IMG/VR virus record: IMGVR_UViG_3300043473_000046
Coordinates: 1-58,767 of that record
DNA: 58,767 nt
Direction: 5' to 3' (one strand)
Source: a virus
Taxonomy: Duplodnaviria; Caudoviricetes
The notes beneath the pieces were generated by a model. That model had not been told where the DNA came from. It made no database searches and saw only the letters and a list, made by a program, of their open reading frames with translations. Positions 36,101 through 45,752 of the stretch are shown in pieces (position 1 is the first letter of the stretch; each line of letters starts with the position of its first letter). The translations under genes and the position numbers were made by a program.

Positions 36101-38522
36101 TCTTGCCCCGAAGCATCTCGATGTCGCCGTTGAGTGCTGCCCACTTATCCTGAATCTTGTCAATCGACATCCCCGCCTTCTCAAACTCCAGCAGGCGCAA
36201 GTTGAGGACGTTCTGCGCCTGGGAGTTGGCGAAGATCTGATCCTCCATCTCCCTCATCCCAGTGATCGGGGCATTGGCAAAGTCGTTCAGCTTGTTCTTG
36301 GCAGCGTCGAGCTTGTCTCCGACCCCATTCAATTCCTCGGTGATGGCGTCGACCACATCGTTCGCAGCGTCCATCTTCTTAGTCGCTGCGTCGTAGGCAC
36401 GGCTCAGATCGTCCACGACTCGGCTCTGGATGTCGATCTCGACGGTCAGGGGCTCCAGTGCGGCGTACAACTCGTCAATGCTGTCTGCCATCACTCCAGC
36501 GGCGGCTCCAGCAGCCGGGTTGATCGCTGTGATCTTCGCAACGTCGGCATCGGTCTTGGTGCGCCGGAACCCGGTGATGTCGTTGCTGGCAACGGCCCGG
36601 AACGCTCCGAGCGAGGCCATGGCCCGAGCCACCGTGGCCGGAATCGACTTCAGCCTGTCGTACTGATCCAGAATGGTCGACACACCCGCCGTCACATTGT
36701 CGACCAGCGAGGGCGAGTGGCGCGCAAATGGGTTCAAGTAAGATAAGAGGTCGACCACAACCTGCATCGCTCGACCGAGAACTTGGATCACCCCGATGAA
36801 GATGTCAGCGACGACGCGAGGCAACTGAGCCAATTGATGAACGATGCTCTGGAAGACCCGGATGAAAGGATCTTCGATATCAGTCTTGAGGACAAGTGCA
36901 ATCGTGGCGGCGATGGCAACGATGATCGCCAGCACGGCCCAGACGGGAATGCCAAGAGTACCGGCGATGGCTCCGACAAGCGTCTCCAACATGATCAGGA
37001 TCGGCTGCACCACATACTTCAGGAAGCCGATACCGATGGCCTTGAATGCACCGAGAAGGAGCTTGGTGCGATCCCAGAACATCTTCACAAAGACTTGATA
37101 TGTCCCGATGAGGTTCATCAGCGAACCGATGATGATCAGGATCGGACCCACGATGGCGACGAGCGCCAGACCGAACAGGATGATCGTTCGCGTCTTGGGA
37201 TTCAGCTTGGCGAAGCCTTCAGCCGCTTGACGCAGCAAGTTCATCAAGCTGAAGATCACTGGAATCAGCGGAATGAACGCCTTCGCCAGCGAGTTCTTCA
37301 TGGAGTTCGTCATGATGTCCCACTTCTTGGGGGACGACTCCAGAACCTGCATCAACTCCTTGTGGTACTGCGCCTGGTTGCGAATCGGATCGTTCGCAGC
37401 ATCCATCGCCTTGGCGAAGTATCCCGTCGAAGACGCCACATCAGTCATCAAGATGTCGAAGCGCGAGACCTGCCAGCGGGACGCAATCGTGCTGGACGCA
37501 ATTCCTCTCTGAGCGGTGGAGAGACCATTCCATTCGTCAGCCAGCATCTTGATCTTCTGGGTGGCGGTCGCCCCCAGCCACGAAGGATCGGAGACCGTGA
37601 ATCCGATCTCCTTCAGAATGTCCATCGTCTCCTTGGTCGGGTCTTGCAGTCGGGAGAAGATTGTCTTCAAAGCGTTACCGGCCTGAGCCGCGCTGCCCGT
37701 CGCCGGGACGAGAGCAGCAGCGAATGCACCCAATTCCTCGATCGTCACACCAGCAGAACGAGCCGAACCGCTGGCTCGCTGGAAGACCTCGACCAAGCCA
37801 GCCATCGTGATGCCGGTCTCGTTCTCGATGATGTTCAAGATGGACATCGCCTTGTGGAGTTCGCTCACTCCACCGGCAGCGTCATAGGTCGACAGACGCC
37901 ACTGTGCCTGGATCGCGATCAAAGCCTGCGTAGCTTCAGTCGCATCCATCTCACCCAAGATCATGAGTTCCAAGGTGGCTCTCGTGTTCTCAGCCAATCC
38001 TCGACCCGATGAACCGGCTGACGCCCACGCCGCACCGATGTCGATCACATCCGTTTGCAGCACACCGAAGCGCGTACTCAGAAGCTCAAAGGAGTGCGAT
38101 AGAGCATCGGTCTCCTGCTTCAACATGGCCTGATCTTCGCCAAGGTTGCCGTAGACCTTGCGGACTTGGGTCATCGATCTCTCGATGTCCATGTTGAACT
38201 TCATTAAGGCAGTACCGGCCATCACCAGCGGGAGGGTGAAGTTGAACGTCAACTGACGCCCGACCCAGTTCAGGTTCTTGCCGTTCTTGACCAGAGCGTT
38301 GTTCGCCAGCAGGCTGGAGAAGCTTTGCTGGGCCTTGATGGCCTGTCGCATCTTGCCCAGGTATGCGCCCATGCCAGAGGCGTTGGCGTTCAACCCCGCA
38401 GCATTCTTGTTCAACGCCCCCGCCCCGCCGCCAAGAGATTTGGCCGCGGCAGCGGTGGCAGCGAGTTGTTGCTGGGCCTGCTTCGCTGCCACCCTGACGA
38501 CGATGTTGAGAGTTGCGTTCAT
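33138..38522 (-). CDS. Tape measure protein (1794 aa)
   Basis: TP901-like core (GNALKTIFSRL), coiled coil, W/F-periodic repeats, C-terminal SYH..RAID..HINHVH. Confidence 0.95.
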   Translation of the reverse strand: MNATLNIVVRVAAKQAQQQLAATAAAAKSLGGGAGALNKNAAGLNANASGMGAYLGKMRQAIKAQQSFSSLLANNALVKNGKNLNWVGRQLTFNFTLPLVMAGTALMKFNMDIERSMTQVRKVYGNLGEDQAMLKQETDALSHSFELLSTRFGVLQTDVIDIGAAWASAGSSGRGLAENTRATLELMILGEMDATEATQALIAIQAQWRLSTYDAAGGVSELHKAMSILNIIENETGITMAGLVEVFQRASGSARSAGVTIEELGAFAAALVPATGSAAQAGNALKTIFSRLQDPTKETMDILKEIGFTVSDPSWLGATATQKIKMLADEWNGLSTAQRGIASSTIASRWQVSRFDILMTDVASSTGYFAKAMDAANDPIRNQAQYHKELMQVLESSPKKWDIMTNSMKNSLAKAFIPLIPVIFSLMNLLRQAAEGFAKLNPKTRTIILFGLALVAIVGPILIIIGSLMNLIGTYQVFVKMFWDRTKLLLGAFKAIGIGFLKYVVQPILIMLETLVGAIAGTLGIPVWAVLAIIVAIAATIALVLKTDIEDPFIRVFQSIVHQLAQLPRVVADIFIGVIQVLGRAMQVVVDLLSYLNPFARHSPSLVDNVTAGVSTILDQYDRLKSIPATVARAMASLGAFRAVASNDITGFRRTKTDADVAKITAINPAAGAAAGVMADSIDELYAALEPLTVEIDIQSRVVDDLSRAYDAATKKMDAANDVVDAITEELNGVGDKLDAAKNKLNDFANAPITGMREMEDQIFANSQAQNVLNLRLLEFEKAGMSIDKIQDKWAALNGDIEMLRGKKEDLRLAGAGSDVLGAYDDQIKALEDQKGGLQDSQREIEGIQKQLDDLDLEGRFLDLTKSITFDPLVRQIDQMVNGVAEMNFDDIVAGIKEQQKVVGELQPQYDSILQRQKEAQAVAKEAAQAQKLVGDQLDVEQDKLNQLEDAYSDIKDLISEMESEMANYLSLAETAANIDKAKKGDEESLFSAAEGVNFDLAGGDSTLGREGGLADIEQFNKDLEAEIEKAMGDMGDMDIFGFFQDAIDKLMGYKDKAVEFFKKIPGWAGEALHTGLAFLSGPVWQWTQKYIIDPITGAFDTIGDWLMSHIVTPIWNFFTSIASAVVTFFQNLGDGVGDIWNTYIYPVFDALMTVLGVLKDIFIVVWDAIWGAVQAAWNVISPIFQAMWDFIDGYIMPIFQLLFVTAEIVFVGIWKIIQVMWDIVLDIFGLFWDWTRILIDAFGWMLTHTDTIFSAIWKVIQIAWGVIKVIFDAIVWFINNILVPAFQWFGDRVKWVVDNIITPALTWLRDNVFNPIMGAIETVVRTTWGAIETIFGGMMTVLEPVQTALKWLYNSVIKPIMNAIGTIFAAVWTGIATVIGVGINAFITGFNLLAGAINAVASLLGIGSKVSTMDPVSLGLIQFHADTSVADAAVNGSRNPNLFAAGGIMGRDVIDRMGGSVKGAHTLVGEGSNIHPEYIIPTDPRYRQRARGLYRELGHTFGEDAQGYSNMDLFGIGGAVKNGFNAAKGALGSVGGFLKDKAVEAIWSPAHWAAQQAINLIPVDFFKNIGQGVLNGVDGWITGADQAWNEESTRRKPVLTGPGGSGSWKVIPPFLDQMGVPYKILSTNRPGSITRTTGKLSYHALDRAIDLAGPSGMVNYSPHDLLAINKAIYTGFKPYLKELIYGGPGAQTVNNGSDHVFSSALQNEHINHVHAALARGGFIVPRRPNGSLLRIGEGLHDEAVQVTPLHGANANAGGETTINFYGDLSFPNITDPNQAEQLITNLKSLAGVN

Positions 38523-38525
38523 GGT

Positions 38526-38774
38526 CTACTTCCTGCGAGCCTTCCGAGCCTCCATCGCCTGACGACGAGCTTTGGCCTTGTTGTTGATCCCGTCCAGCAG
38601 AACGAAATCATCAAGTAGTGCCGGATGCTGGTCGTAGATGCCGCCTGCGATTGGCAGGTGCGCCCACTTCATCGATTGGCACTGGAGGTAGAGCCTCAGG
38701 GACTCATGAACTCGACCCTCTACGGGTTTATTGTTGAAGAACGCCTCACCTTGAGCCTCTAGGACTCTTTTCCC
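38526..38774 (-). CDS. Tail assembly chaperone, -1 frameshift extension (gpGT-like)
   Basis: Slippery G GGA AAA at 38774-38768; -1 frame open to TAG 38526 with LPIAGGIYDQ. Confidence 0.85.
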   Translation of the reverse strand, partial: GKRVLEAQGEAFFNNKPVEGRVHESLRLYLQCQSMKWAHLPIAGGIYDQHPALLDDFVLLDGINNKAKARRQAMEARKARRK

Positions 38775-39319
38775 TCGGCCTCTTTCAGCTTCTGCTCAAG
38801 CATTTCTTCGAGATCGCTGATCTGTTCGCGGATGTCCTCGACGGTGATGTCACCGAGCAGCCAGGGATTCTTCTCCCTGACATCCTTCTCGATCACGTCG
38901 ATCACCTTCGGCGGTGCCGCCTCCAAGAACTTGCCCAGGTTTGCACCCGTGAAGTTGATGGGGACCAGATCCCCATCCTTGTTCTTGGTCATCAAGTTCC
39001 AACCGACGATGGCCTGCTTGAGCAGTTCGTGCCGTTCGTCGCCGGTCGCCATCTTCATGTAGGCGTCGCCGCCCTTCTGAAGGCGAACCTCACGGTTCAC
39101 CTGATTCATGTACGACCGGCGAGCGCCCTCGTTCAGAACCTGATGGTCGATGTACGACTTGCCGTCCGGAAGCGTGACGCGATGGACGATCTCAAAGCCG
39201 AAGTAGTCAACCTGGGTGTACTCGTCAATCGAGACCCCGGCGTCCTTCATCGCTTCGAACGTCCGTTGCTGACGTTGACGTTCGGCCTCTTCGGCCTCGA
39301 TGTCGATGTCTGTTTCCAT
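38759..39319 (-). CDS. Tail assembly chaperone (gpG-like)
   Basis: Between major tail and tape measure; AGGAGG RBS. Confidence 0.85.
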   Translation of the reverse strand: METDIDIEAEEAERQRQQRTFEAMKDAGVSIDEYTQVDYFGFEIVHRVTLPDGKSYIDHQVLNEGARRSYMNQVNREVRLQKGGDAYMKMATGDERHELLKQAIVGWNLMTKNKDGDLVPINFTGANLGKFLEAAPPKVIDVIEKDVREKNPWLLGDITVEDIREQISDLEEMLEQKLKEAEGKES

Positions 39320-39364
39320 AGTAGAGCCTCCTGTGCCCTTGGGGTTTGTTGTGAATCTGACGGA

Positions 39365-40396
39365 TCAAGCGACCGTGGCGAAGCTGTTCTTGACGGCGGC
39401 GGTGAGGATTGGCGTTGCCGGGTTGTACCGGACGGCCCGAATCTCGATGTCGTGCTCCAGGATGTCGTCACCGCTGGGGTCGACCGAGAACGGAGCGATG
39501 ATCGCGGTCGGGATGGTGATGGTCAGGTTGTACTTGGTGCCGGTGGGCGTGGTGCCGGGGATGTCCTCGTAGGAGGCGATCGTGATGACCACGTCGTCCT
39601 TGAAGGACTGACCACCGGGAACGGTGGCGACAGGACCGCCCCACATGGCCGTCTTCCACAGTGCCGAGTCGTTCGGTCGAATCGTCACCGACATCGTGAC
39701 CTCACGACGCTTCTCAGTGATGTCACCCAAGAACAGCGAACCAAGGCGGAAGTCGTCGTCTTCGATGTTGTTGTTGATGTCGAGCGAGAATGACTTGGCC
39801 GGAAGGTTCGCGCCGTTCCAGGCGACGCCGATGTTCGTACCGACGATGAGCGGGCTGGTGTCACGCCGCTGACTGACGAGCGGCGTCGCCGTCGTTGACG
39901 CCTGCGACAGACCGATCAGGCCAACCGTGCCCATCAGGTAACCGTTGGCGTCGGCCTCCAGGTGCAGCGTGTTGATCTTGCAGTCGGTGTACTTGAAGAC
40001 CTCAAACGAGTTCGTGATCTTCTCTTCCACCGAAATCCACGGGATCGCCGTGGTGTCGGCCGGGGTGATGCTGTGCGTGAATCCGGTCGTCGCCGTCCCG
40101 GTCGGTGCGGCCTTGGTGCCAAGTGCGCCGTAGAGCAAGGTGCCGATCGACTCCATGCGGGCGTACACGTCGTACTCGCCTGAGAAGGAAATCGGTCCAA
40201 GCTGGGCGTCGGGAATGTCTCGCGATCCACCGATCTCCGGATCGGGAATCAGAAGTTCACGGTTGCCGCCCATTGCCCCCGAACGGGTATACAGGAACAC
40301 ACCTTGGTTGGGGGCGACCGCGCCGGGATCGGAGTACGTTCCCTTGACGGCCTGAGTACGGATGCCGACATGACCGGCCTGTGCGATGAGTCCCAT
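39365..40396 (-). CDS. Major tail tube protein
   Basis: Position; FKYTDCKINTL, FSLDINNNI, REVT motifs. Confidence 0.85.
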   Translation of the reverse strand: MGLIAQAGHVGIRTQAVKGTYSDPGAVAPNQGVFLYTRSGAMGGNRELLIPDPEIGGSRDIPDAQLGPISFSGEYDVYARMESIGTLLYGALGTKAAPTGTATTGFTHSITPADTTAIPWISVEEKITNSFEVFKYTDCKINTLHLEADANGYLMGTVGLIGLSQASTTATPLVSQRRDTSPLIVGTNIGVAWNGANLPAKSFSLDINNNIEDDDFRLGSLFLGDITEKRREVTMSVTIRPNDSALWKTAMWGGPVATVPGGQSFKDDVVITIASYEDIPGTTPTGTKYNLTITIPTAIIAPFSVDPSGDDILEHDIEIRAVRYNPATPILTAAVKNSFATVA

Positions 40397-40401
40397 TCAG
40401 A

Positions 40402-40740
40402 TCACTCCTTGTTGGCTTCGGCGGCGGCTGCTGCCTGGCGGTCGGCTTCGGCTTGGGCTTCGGCCTCGGCGGCGGCTGCGGCCTCGGCGTCCTTGGCGGC
40501 GGCGAAGGCCTCTTCGTCTTGCTCTGCCTGCGTCTTGACGTTGGCAGCAGACTCGTCGGCCTCCTTGAGAGCGCGGAGTTGCGCCTCCAGCGACATCTCT
40601 TCGGCCGCGAGAGTCTTCATCTCGTACTCCAGGTTGGCCTCAGACGTGGCGACGGCTTGCTGAACTCTGTACTCAGCAATCTCCTCACGGAGAGCGTCGA
40701 TTCGCTCGTGCTTGGCATCGATCTCTTCACGGGTTGCCAT
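40402..40740 (-). CDS. Ala/Glu-rich coiled-coil protein
   Basis: AGGAG RBS; operon continuity. Confidence 0.7.
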   Translation of the reverse strand: MATREEIDAKHERIDALREEIAEYRVQQAVATSEANLEYEMKTLAAEEMSLEAQLRALKEADESAANVKTQAEQDEEAFAAAKDAEAAAAAEAEAQAEADRQAAAAAEANKE

Positions 40741-40748
40741 AGTCGCTC

Positions 40749-41240
40749 CTAATACTTCGTGATTTCCGTTGTAATGATGAACTCGGTCTTGCAGAGAAAG
40801 GTGAAGCCGATGCCAGTCCTACCAACCATGAACTCTTGTCGGAGAACATCGTACTTCTTCACCCTTTCCACACTTCCCATGAAGGTCTCGGTCAATCCGC
40901 CCAAAGTTACATGGAACTGCTCGTCCCGGTACAGTATTGCCCGAATGGCCTTGGAGTCGATCGAGTAGACGCGACGCCCTTCGATGGCGTCACCGTGGAT
41001 GATCAAGTTGTGAATGGCGAGGTTGTAGACCGATTCGTAAGGCTCTCTGTTGCCCATACCGATCAGCTTCTCATCCGGGTTCGCCACCCACGTCGCCGGG
41101 AACACACCGATCGTCCGATTCGGATCGGTCGGATTCAGCGGTCGGCCGACGATCGTGTACTCGCCGTCGTAGTTCAAGTTCCTGTTGAGCGCGTCAAGAA
41201 TCGGCTCGATGAACCCCATCGGAAAGAGGTCGGCAACCAT
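40749..41240 (-). CDS. Putative tail terminator
   Basis: Synteny and size. Confidence 0.55.
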   Translation of the reverse strand: MVADLFPMGFIEPILDALNRNLNYDGEYTIVGRPLNPTDPNRTIGVFPATWVANPDEKLIGMGNREPYESVYNLAIHNLIIHGDAIEGRRVYSIDSKAIRAILYRDEQFHVTLGGLTETFMGSVERVKKYDVLRQEFMVGRTGIGFTFLCKTEFIITTEITKY

Positions 41241-41812
41241 CAGACCACCGGTCCCAGATTCGACAAGACGCCGATGAGTTGCATGATGTGCGACATCAAC
41301 GACGCCATGATCTGCTTCTCATCGTTGGCCCCGATGGCAAGCACGGGACGCGGAGGGGTATGACTGACATCACCGAAGAGCGGGTTGAACTCGCTTCTGC
41401 CTTCCTGGGCAGTCTGGATCTTTTTCTGCATGACTTCATCACCCATGTCGCCAGGGATGGTCAGCGTCGCCCCCAGCGGATCAGTCTCGATCTGATGGTT
41501 CCCCACCAGCCACTCCATCATCTCGCCAGTTCGTTCGTTGATCGCAAAGTCGTCGTACTGGCCCATCGAGTGACGGATGCGAAGCGTGCTCTCCTGCAAT
41601 GGAAGCCAGTCCACCCCATCGGTACCGTTGTAAGCGAATCGCTCAACGATCTTGTCAGCCAGGTAAGGCTGGACGCGTCGCTCCATCCAAAGCACAAGTT
41701 GCGGAGGGCTCACAGCCAACTCCGACATCGTCAGAAGCTGCTGAACAGAAGTCTGATCAACCTTTACTTCAAAGATTCCTCGCTGGTTGACAGTGACGAA
41801 GCCAGCAACCAT
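41240..41812 (-). CDS. Neck/tail completion protein (virion morphogenesis, Mu gpG-like)
   Basis: W.PL.EST...TG...Q.G...PPRPVL. Confidence 0.7.
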   Translation of the reverse strand: MVAGFVTVNQRGIFEVKVDQTSVQQLLTMSELAVSPPQLVLWMERRVQPYLADKIVERFAYNGTDGVDWLPLQESTLRIRHSMGQYDDFAINERTGEMMEWLVGNHQIETDPLGATLTIPGDMGDEVMQKKIQTAQEGRSEFNPLFGDVSHTPPRPVLAIGANDEKQIMASLMSHIMQLIGVLSNLGPVV

Positions 41813-42339
41813 CAGAACTCCCCTGGATGCCAGTTCTCCACAGGGAAGTCAAGGTTCGCTGGCGTCATGAAGTTCAACTCAAACATCCGGACGCCACTCA
41901 TCTCGTCCCGCACCAGAGCGCCGGGGACGCGAGCCAGAGGATCAGCCACTTCTGCGTCAGCGATCTCTCCTCGGGCGTTGCCGTCGCCGTCGACGCGCTC
42001 CGCCCCGACAAGGATGACATCGCTGTTGGCGATGGCCATCAACTCCATCAACCCTTCCTTGACGAGTTGAAGGCCATACGCGTGCACAGAAGTCTCACTC
42101 AAAGCTGCCGTAGCCGCCATCAAGATGCGGCCCGAACACAGCTTGCGATGAATGGACTTGAGGAGCTTGCCCTGACTGTTCGGCAGGGTGTCCACGTTGA
42201 CGGGGACGACGTAGATCACGCCCAGCTTGGAATCGATCTCATCCTGGGTCATGTCCAGGTATTGCTGGGCGTTGATCGTTGAGGGAAGGACGTTCGTCAA
42301 TTCCCCGATCAACAGATCATTTACTTCGACGTAGGACAT
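41812..42339 (-). CDS. Head-tail adaptor (Mu gp36-like)
   Basis: MSY...DL, EIDSKLG.IY.VP. Confidence 0.7.
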   Translation of the reverse strand: MSYVEVNDLLIGELTNVLPSTINAQQYLDMTQDEIDSKLGVIYVVPVNVDTLPNSQGKLLKSIHRKLCSGRILMAATAALSETSVHAYGLQLVKEGLMELMAIANSDVILVGAERVDGDGNARGEIADAEVADPLARVPGALVRDEMSGVRMFELNFMTPANLDFPVENWHPGEF

Positions 42340-42352
42340 GACCCCTCAAGGC

Positions 42353-42736
42353 TCACGCCTCGGCAGCGGCGATGGCGTCCACCAGTTCGTCGTGATCCAT
42401 CGAGGAACGACCGGAGATGTTGAGTTCCGCGGCCCTGGTGCGAAGCTCCGTCAGGGTCATGGCGTCGAGGTCTTCCTCTTCATCCAGCCCCTCCTCCTCT
42501 TCGGCCGCGTCCTCCTTGGAAGCGACGTTGGAGGACTCCTTGGTCGGGTAGTAGTCGGTCCACTCCCCCGGCTCCGCGACGGCGCAGTTCGCCTCGTTCT
42601 CCAGCATGGCCTCCTTGGTCTCGTCCATCGGACCAGGGTCGCCCACCGGATAGGCAGCGTTCTGGTAATCGGGATCGACCCCGACGTAGACGCTGTCCTC
42701 GTTCACTTCGTCGGTGGTCTCTTCGACATCACTCAT
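42353..42736 (-). CDS. Acidic protein with C-terminal Rho-N-like domain
   Basis: MTLTELRTRAAELNISGRSSMDHDELVDAI. Confidence 0.75.
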   Translation of the reverse strand: MSDVEETTDEVNEDSVYVGVDPDYQNAAYPVGDPGPMDETKEAMLENEANCAVAEPGEWTDYYPTKESSNVASKEDAAEEEEGLDEEEDLDAMTLTELRTRAAELNISGRSSMDHDELVDAIAAAEA

Positions 42737-42767
42737 TGGGATTCTCCTGTCAGAACGGGAAGGTGGA

Positions 42768-43892
42768 TCACGGAATCACGTCCATGGTGAAGGTCAGTTC
42801 CATCAGCGGGAACACAGGGAAGGCCTTGATGCCGGTGCCTCGGTTGAGACCCCACGGATCTTTGGTCTCCTGCTCCCACTCGTAGAAGCCGCTCTGCCAG
42901 TTCCCCTCGGGGTGCGGGCTGGTGAGCATCCGGCCGAGACCGAGTTCGTTGCCGATCTCGGCAACGTCGGCGGCGCTGGGGAGGAACAGCACACGGTTCG
43001 CCGGGAAGAACCGGGTGTTGGTGATCGTGGTGCTCCCGACCGGACGCGTGCGGTACACGGCGTCGTAGGTCTGGAACTGCACACCCGTCGCCCGCTCCAC
43101 GACCGCCAGGGCCGCTGCTGGCCCCCAACCATCGAGGATGTAGTCGAGGTCGACGGGACCGCCACCGGACGTGTTGACCATGCCCGAACGGGCAATGAAC
43201 CGGCTGCTGTTCTGGAGCGAGTTGATCACCTTGCGACCGGCGATCGCACGACTCATGCGAATGCCGTAGGTGTCGAACATGAAGTCCTGCACCGCCATGA
43301 TGTCAGCGATGGGGTCCGACGTGGTCGTGCTCCACAGGCCACCGGCCGGAACCTGGGCCTGCTGGCCTGCGGGCCGTCCGTAGTTGATGCCGAAGCTGAT
43401 CTTGCCGTCGTCGTAGGCGATCTGCCCCGTGCTCATCGCGGACATCGTCAGCCACTCCAGGCGGTTGTCGATGCGGCGACGGCGGAGCTTGTCCTCACGA
43501 GCCAACTTGGCGTTGAAGTCGGCAACCATGTTGCCGACGGTCAGCGGTGCAAGCACGTTGGCACCGAGAGTCGACTCCACGAGGAGGCTCTCACGGTACT
43601 TGGTGACATCGCTGGCCGAGTAGTGATCCTTCTGCGCCCAGTCCACGACGGACGCACGGCCCTGGCCTCCGAAGAGCAAGTCCTTCTGAGCCAGTTCCGA
43701 TTCGGCGTCCTCGGCGCGAGCCGCAACGAGACCGTCGGTCAGACCCTTGGCGTAATCGAAGATCACGTCATCGGACGACACGTCCAGGAAGGGGAAGAGT
43801 TGGAGGCCGATGTGATCGAGCGGTGGGCTGATCTCACGGATCGTCCCCAGTGAGACTTCCTTGCGGACCAGCCGGTCTGTTGAAGTTGGCAT
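42768..43892 (-). CDS. Major capsid protein (lambda gpE-like)
   Basis: RLEW..M.A..G.I, W....DPIADI, KDPWG..FPV. Confidence 0.9.
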   Translation of the reverse strand: MPTSTDRLVRKEVSLGTIREISPPLDHIGLQLFPFLDVSSDDVIFDYAKGLTDGLVAARAEDAESELAQKDLLFGGQGRASVVDWAQKDHYSASDVTKYRESLLVESTLGANVLAPLTVGNMVADFNAKLAREDKLRRRRIDNRLEWLTMSAMSTGQIAYDDGKISFGINYGRPAGQQAQVPAGGLWSTTTSDPIADIMAVQDFMFDTYGIRMSRAIAGRKVINSLQNSSRFIARSGMVNTSGGGPVDLDYILDGWGPAAALAVVERATGVQFQTYDAVYRTRPVGSTTITNTRFFPANRVLFLPSAADVAEIGNELGLGRMLTSPHPEGNWQSGFYEWEQETKDPWGLNRGTGIKAFPVFPLMELTFTMDVIP

Positions 43893-43903
43893 GTTCTTCT
43901 ACC

Positions 43904-44584
43904 TCACTTGAAGATCAGTTGGACTTGCGTGAGGGCCAGAATGGCATCACGCGTGGCGTTGGACAGTGGAATCGGAGCACCCGCAGCGTTGTACTCGATG
44001 CACCACGCCTGCACCACGGTGGCCTCGTAGGTCACGGCGATGTCGACATCACGCTCCAGCAACATCCATGGGACGAAGGTGTCAGCGACACCGACGATGT
44101 TGGCGGCGGTCTGACGACCGTCCGTGGCTCCAGCCTGGAAGACACCGTACTTGCCGGTGTAGGTGCCGGATGTGATCTTGGCGATCACCGTTCCCGGCTG
44201 GAGAATCTTGGAAGCGTCGGTGCCTCCCGTGACGGTGCCGGTCGCGGCACCCGTGGTCACGTCGGCGTTGATGCGCTCAAAGGAGAACGTGGTGGCCGAA
44301 CCGACCGCCGAGACCGTCCGCTTGCCATCGAAGACGGCGTTGCTGATCGCCACGACGACCGTGTCCCCCACGCCGAACCCATGCGGGGTGGCCGTCGTGA
44401 TCGTGGCGACGTTCGACGTGAGCACCCGGTTGGTCGCCGTGCGGACGTTGCCGTCCACCGTGCTGGCCGGGAACACCGCTGAAGCGATGGTCGCACTGTC
44501 CGTCTTGATGTCCTGAGTTGAACGCAGGTATGCGTTCTTCCCGAACGGCGTGCGAGCCGCCTTGTTCGCAGTGAAGCTTGGCAT
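43904..44584 (-). CDS. Head decoration protein with an inserted beta domain
   Basis: Precedes the capsid; KILQPGTVIAKITSG...GKYG..ATDGRQT. Confidence 0.75.
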   Translation of the reverse strand: MPSFTANKAARTPFGKNAYLRSTQDIKTDSATIASAVFPASTVDGNVRTATNRVLTSNVATITTATPHGFGVGDTVVVAISNAVFDGKRTVSAVGSATTFSFERINADVTTGAATGTVTGGTDASKILQPGTVIAKITSGTYTGKYGVFQAGATDGRQTAANIVGVADTFVPWMLLERDVDIAVTYEATVVQAWCIEYNAAGAPIPLSNATRDAILALTQVQLIFK

Positions 44585-44596
44585 GTGATCTTCTCC

Positions 44597-45706
44597 TTAC
44601 TTGGAAGACTGAAGGGTCTGGAGTTCGATGAACGAGGGCTTCGTCTTCAGTTCATCCTCGGAAATCCCGGTCGCTCGGTGGTTGGCCACGATGCGCTGGA
44701 GAACGCTGATGTGATCTGCCTTGTCTTCGGCAGCCGGGGGCGTACCCCCGTCGCCCAGATCGTGCTTTCCGAACAGGTTGGCCGGGGCCATCCCTTCAAA
44801 GCCCGCCTTGAACGCCGTGAACTGACCGGCGTCCATGGTCTTCACGAGACCGTGGAAGGCCACACCCTGTGGCCCGGTGATGACCTTGCGCTCGACCAGA
44901 TCGTCCACGAACCCGGCGCGGGCACTGTCGATCGATTCGGTGCGGAAGGTCTCCAGTTCCGTGATGTGCGCTTGCACCAGGGCGTGATCGCTGACCTCAC
45001 GACCATCGAGTCGGAACGACTGCACCTGGAACTGGGCGTTGCCGTGAGCACCCACCAGGGTGGACTGCGGCGGGACCGGCTGAGTGGTCGCGGGCGGCGG
45101 CTCCACTGGCGGATCGGCAGGCGGGGTCGCAGGCGGATCGGCAGGCGGGGTCGCAGGCGGATCGGCAGGCGCGTCGGATGCCTTGGGGTCTGGAGTCTTC
45201 GTGTCTGTTGGCATATCTTCTCCTGAGTTGGCAATTCGGTAGAGTCCTTCGACTGCCGGATGATCCACGAAGGCGAGCCCAAGAACGACTGGATCATACT
45301 TGGTTCCGTCATTCGCGACGTAGGCACCGATCTCGATGGACCGGTTGCGCCACTTCTTGGTATCCCACTTGGCCTTGTCTGCCTCGGAGACGAACTCCCA
45401 ATCAGCAAACAGGAAGTCACCGAACCGACGAACGGCGGTGAGGTACCCCACCACGTCCTTCACCGACTGGGTGTGGTCTTCTCGCAGTGGCACGTTCGGG
45501 ACGATGTTGCTGTCCCTCAACTTGTAGAAATTCTCGACAGCCAGGTCGAGATCATCTGCCGTCCAGACTCGCGTCTGACGATTCATCGAAGTGAACGTGC
45601 CTGTCCGGAAGATCTTCTGATCGCGCACCTGCAAACCGCTGTCAGCGGTCACAGCGAGATCAAGATCGGAGAACCCGAACTGGGTCGCTCCTTGTATTCC
45701 GGTCAT
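44597..45706 (-). CDS. Capsid maturation protease/scaffold (Mu gpI-like)
   Basis: IFRTGTF, DH, RSIEI, GLAFVDHPAVEGL; PADPPAT linker repeats; start placed at ATG 45706 behind TATCAT. Confidence 0.8.
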   Translation of the reverse strand: MTGIQGATQFGFSDLDLAVTADSGLQVRDQKIFRTGTFTSMNRQTRVWTADDLDLAVENFYKLRDSNIVPNVPLREDHTQSVKDVVGYLTAVRRFGDFLFADWEFVSEADKAKWDTKKWRNRSIEIGAYVANDGTKYDPVVLGLAFVDHPAVEGLYRIANSGEDMPTDTKTPDPKASDAPADPPATPPADPPATPPADPPVEPPPATTQPVPPQSTLVGAHGNAQFQVQSFRLDGREVSDHALVQAHITELETFRTESIDSARAGFVDDLVERKVITGPQGVAFHGLVKTMDAGQFTAFKAGFEGMAPANLFGKHDLGDGGTPPAAEDKADHISVLQRIVANHRATGISEDELKTKPSFIELQTLQSSK

Positions 45707-45752
45707 GGGCAGCGATGATATACCCAAGACCCCGGTACCGATCCAGCATTGG

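Noticed and set aside
34125-38012. 873-aa and 409-aa + strand ORFs
   Set aside because: Antisense shadows of the tape measure gene with no motifs
45105-45175. 21-bp tandem repeat ggcggatcggcaggcggggtc-like
   Set aside because: Encodes the PADPPAT linker of the protease/scaffold protein; ordinary
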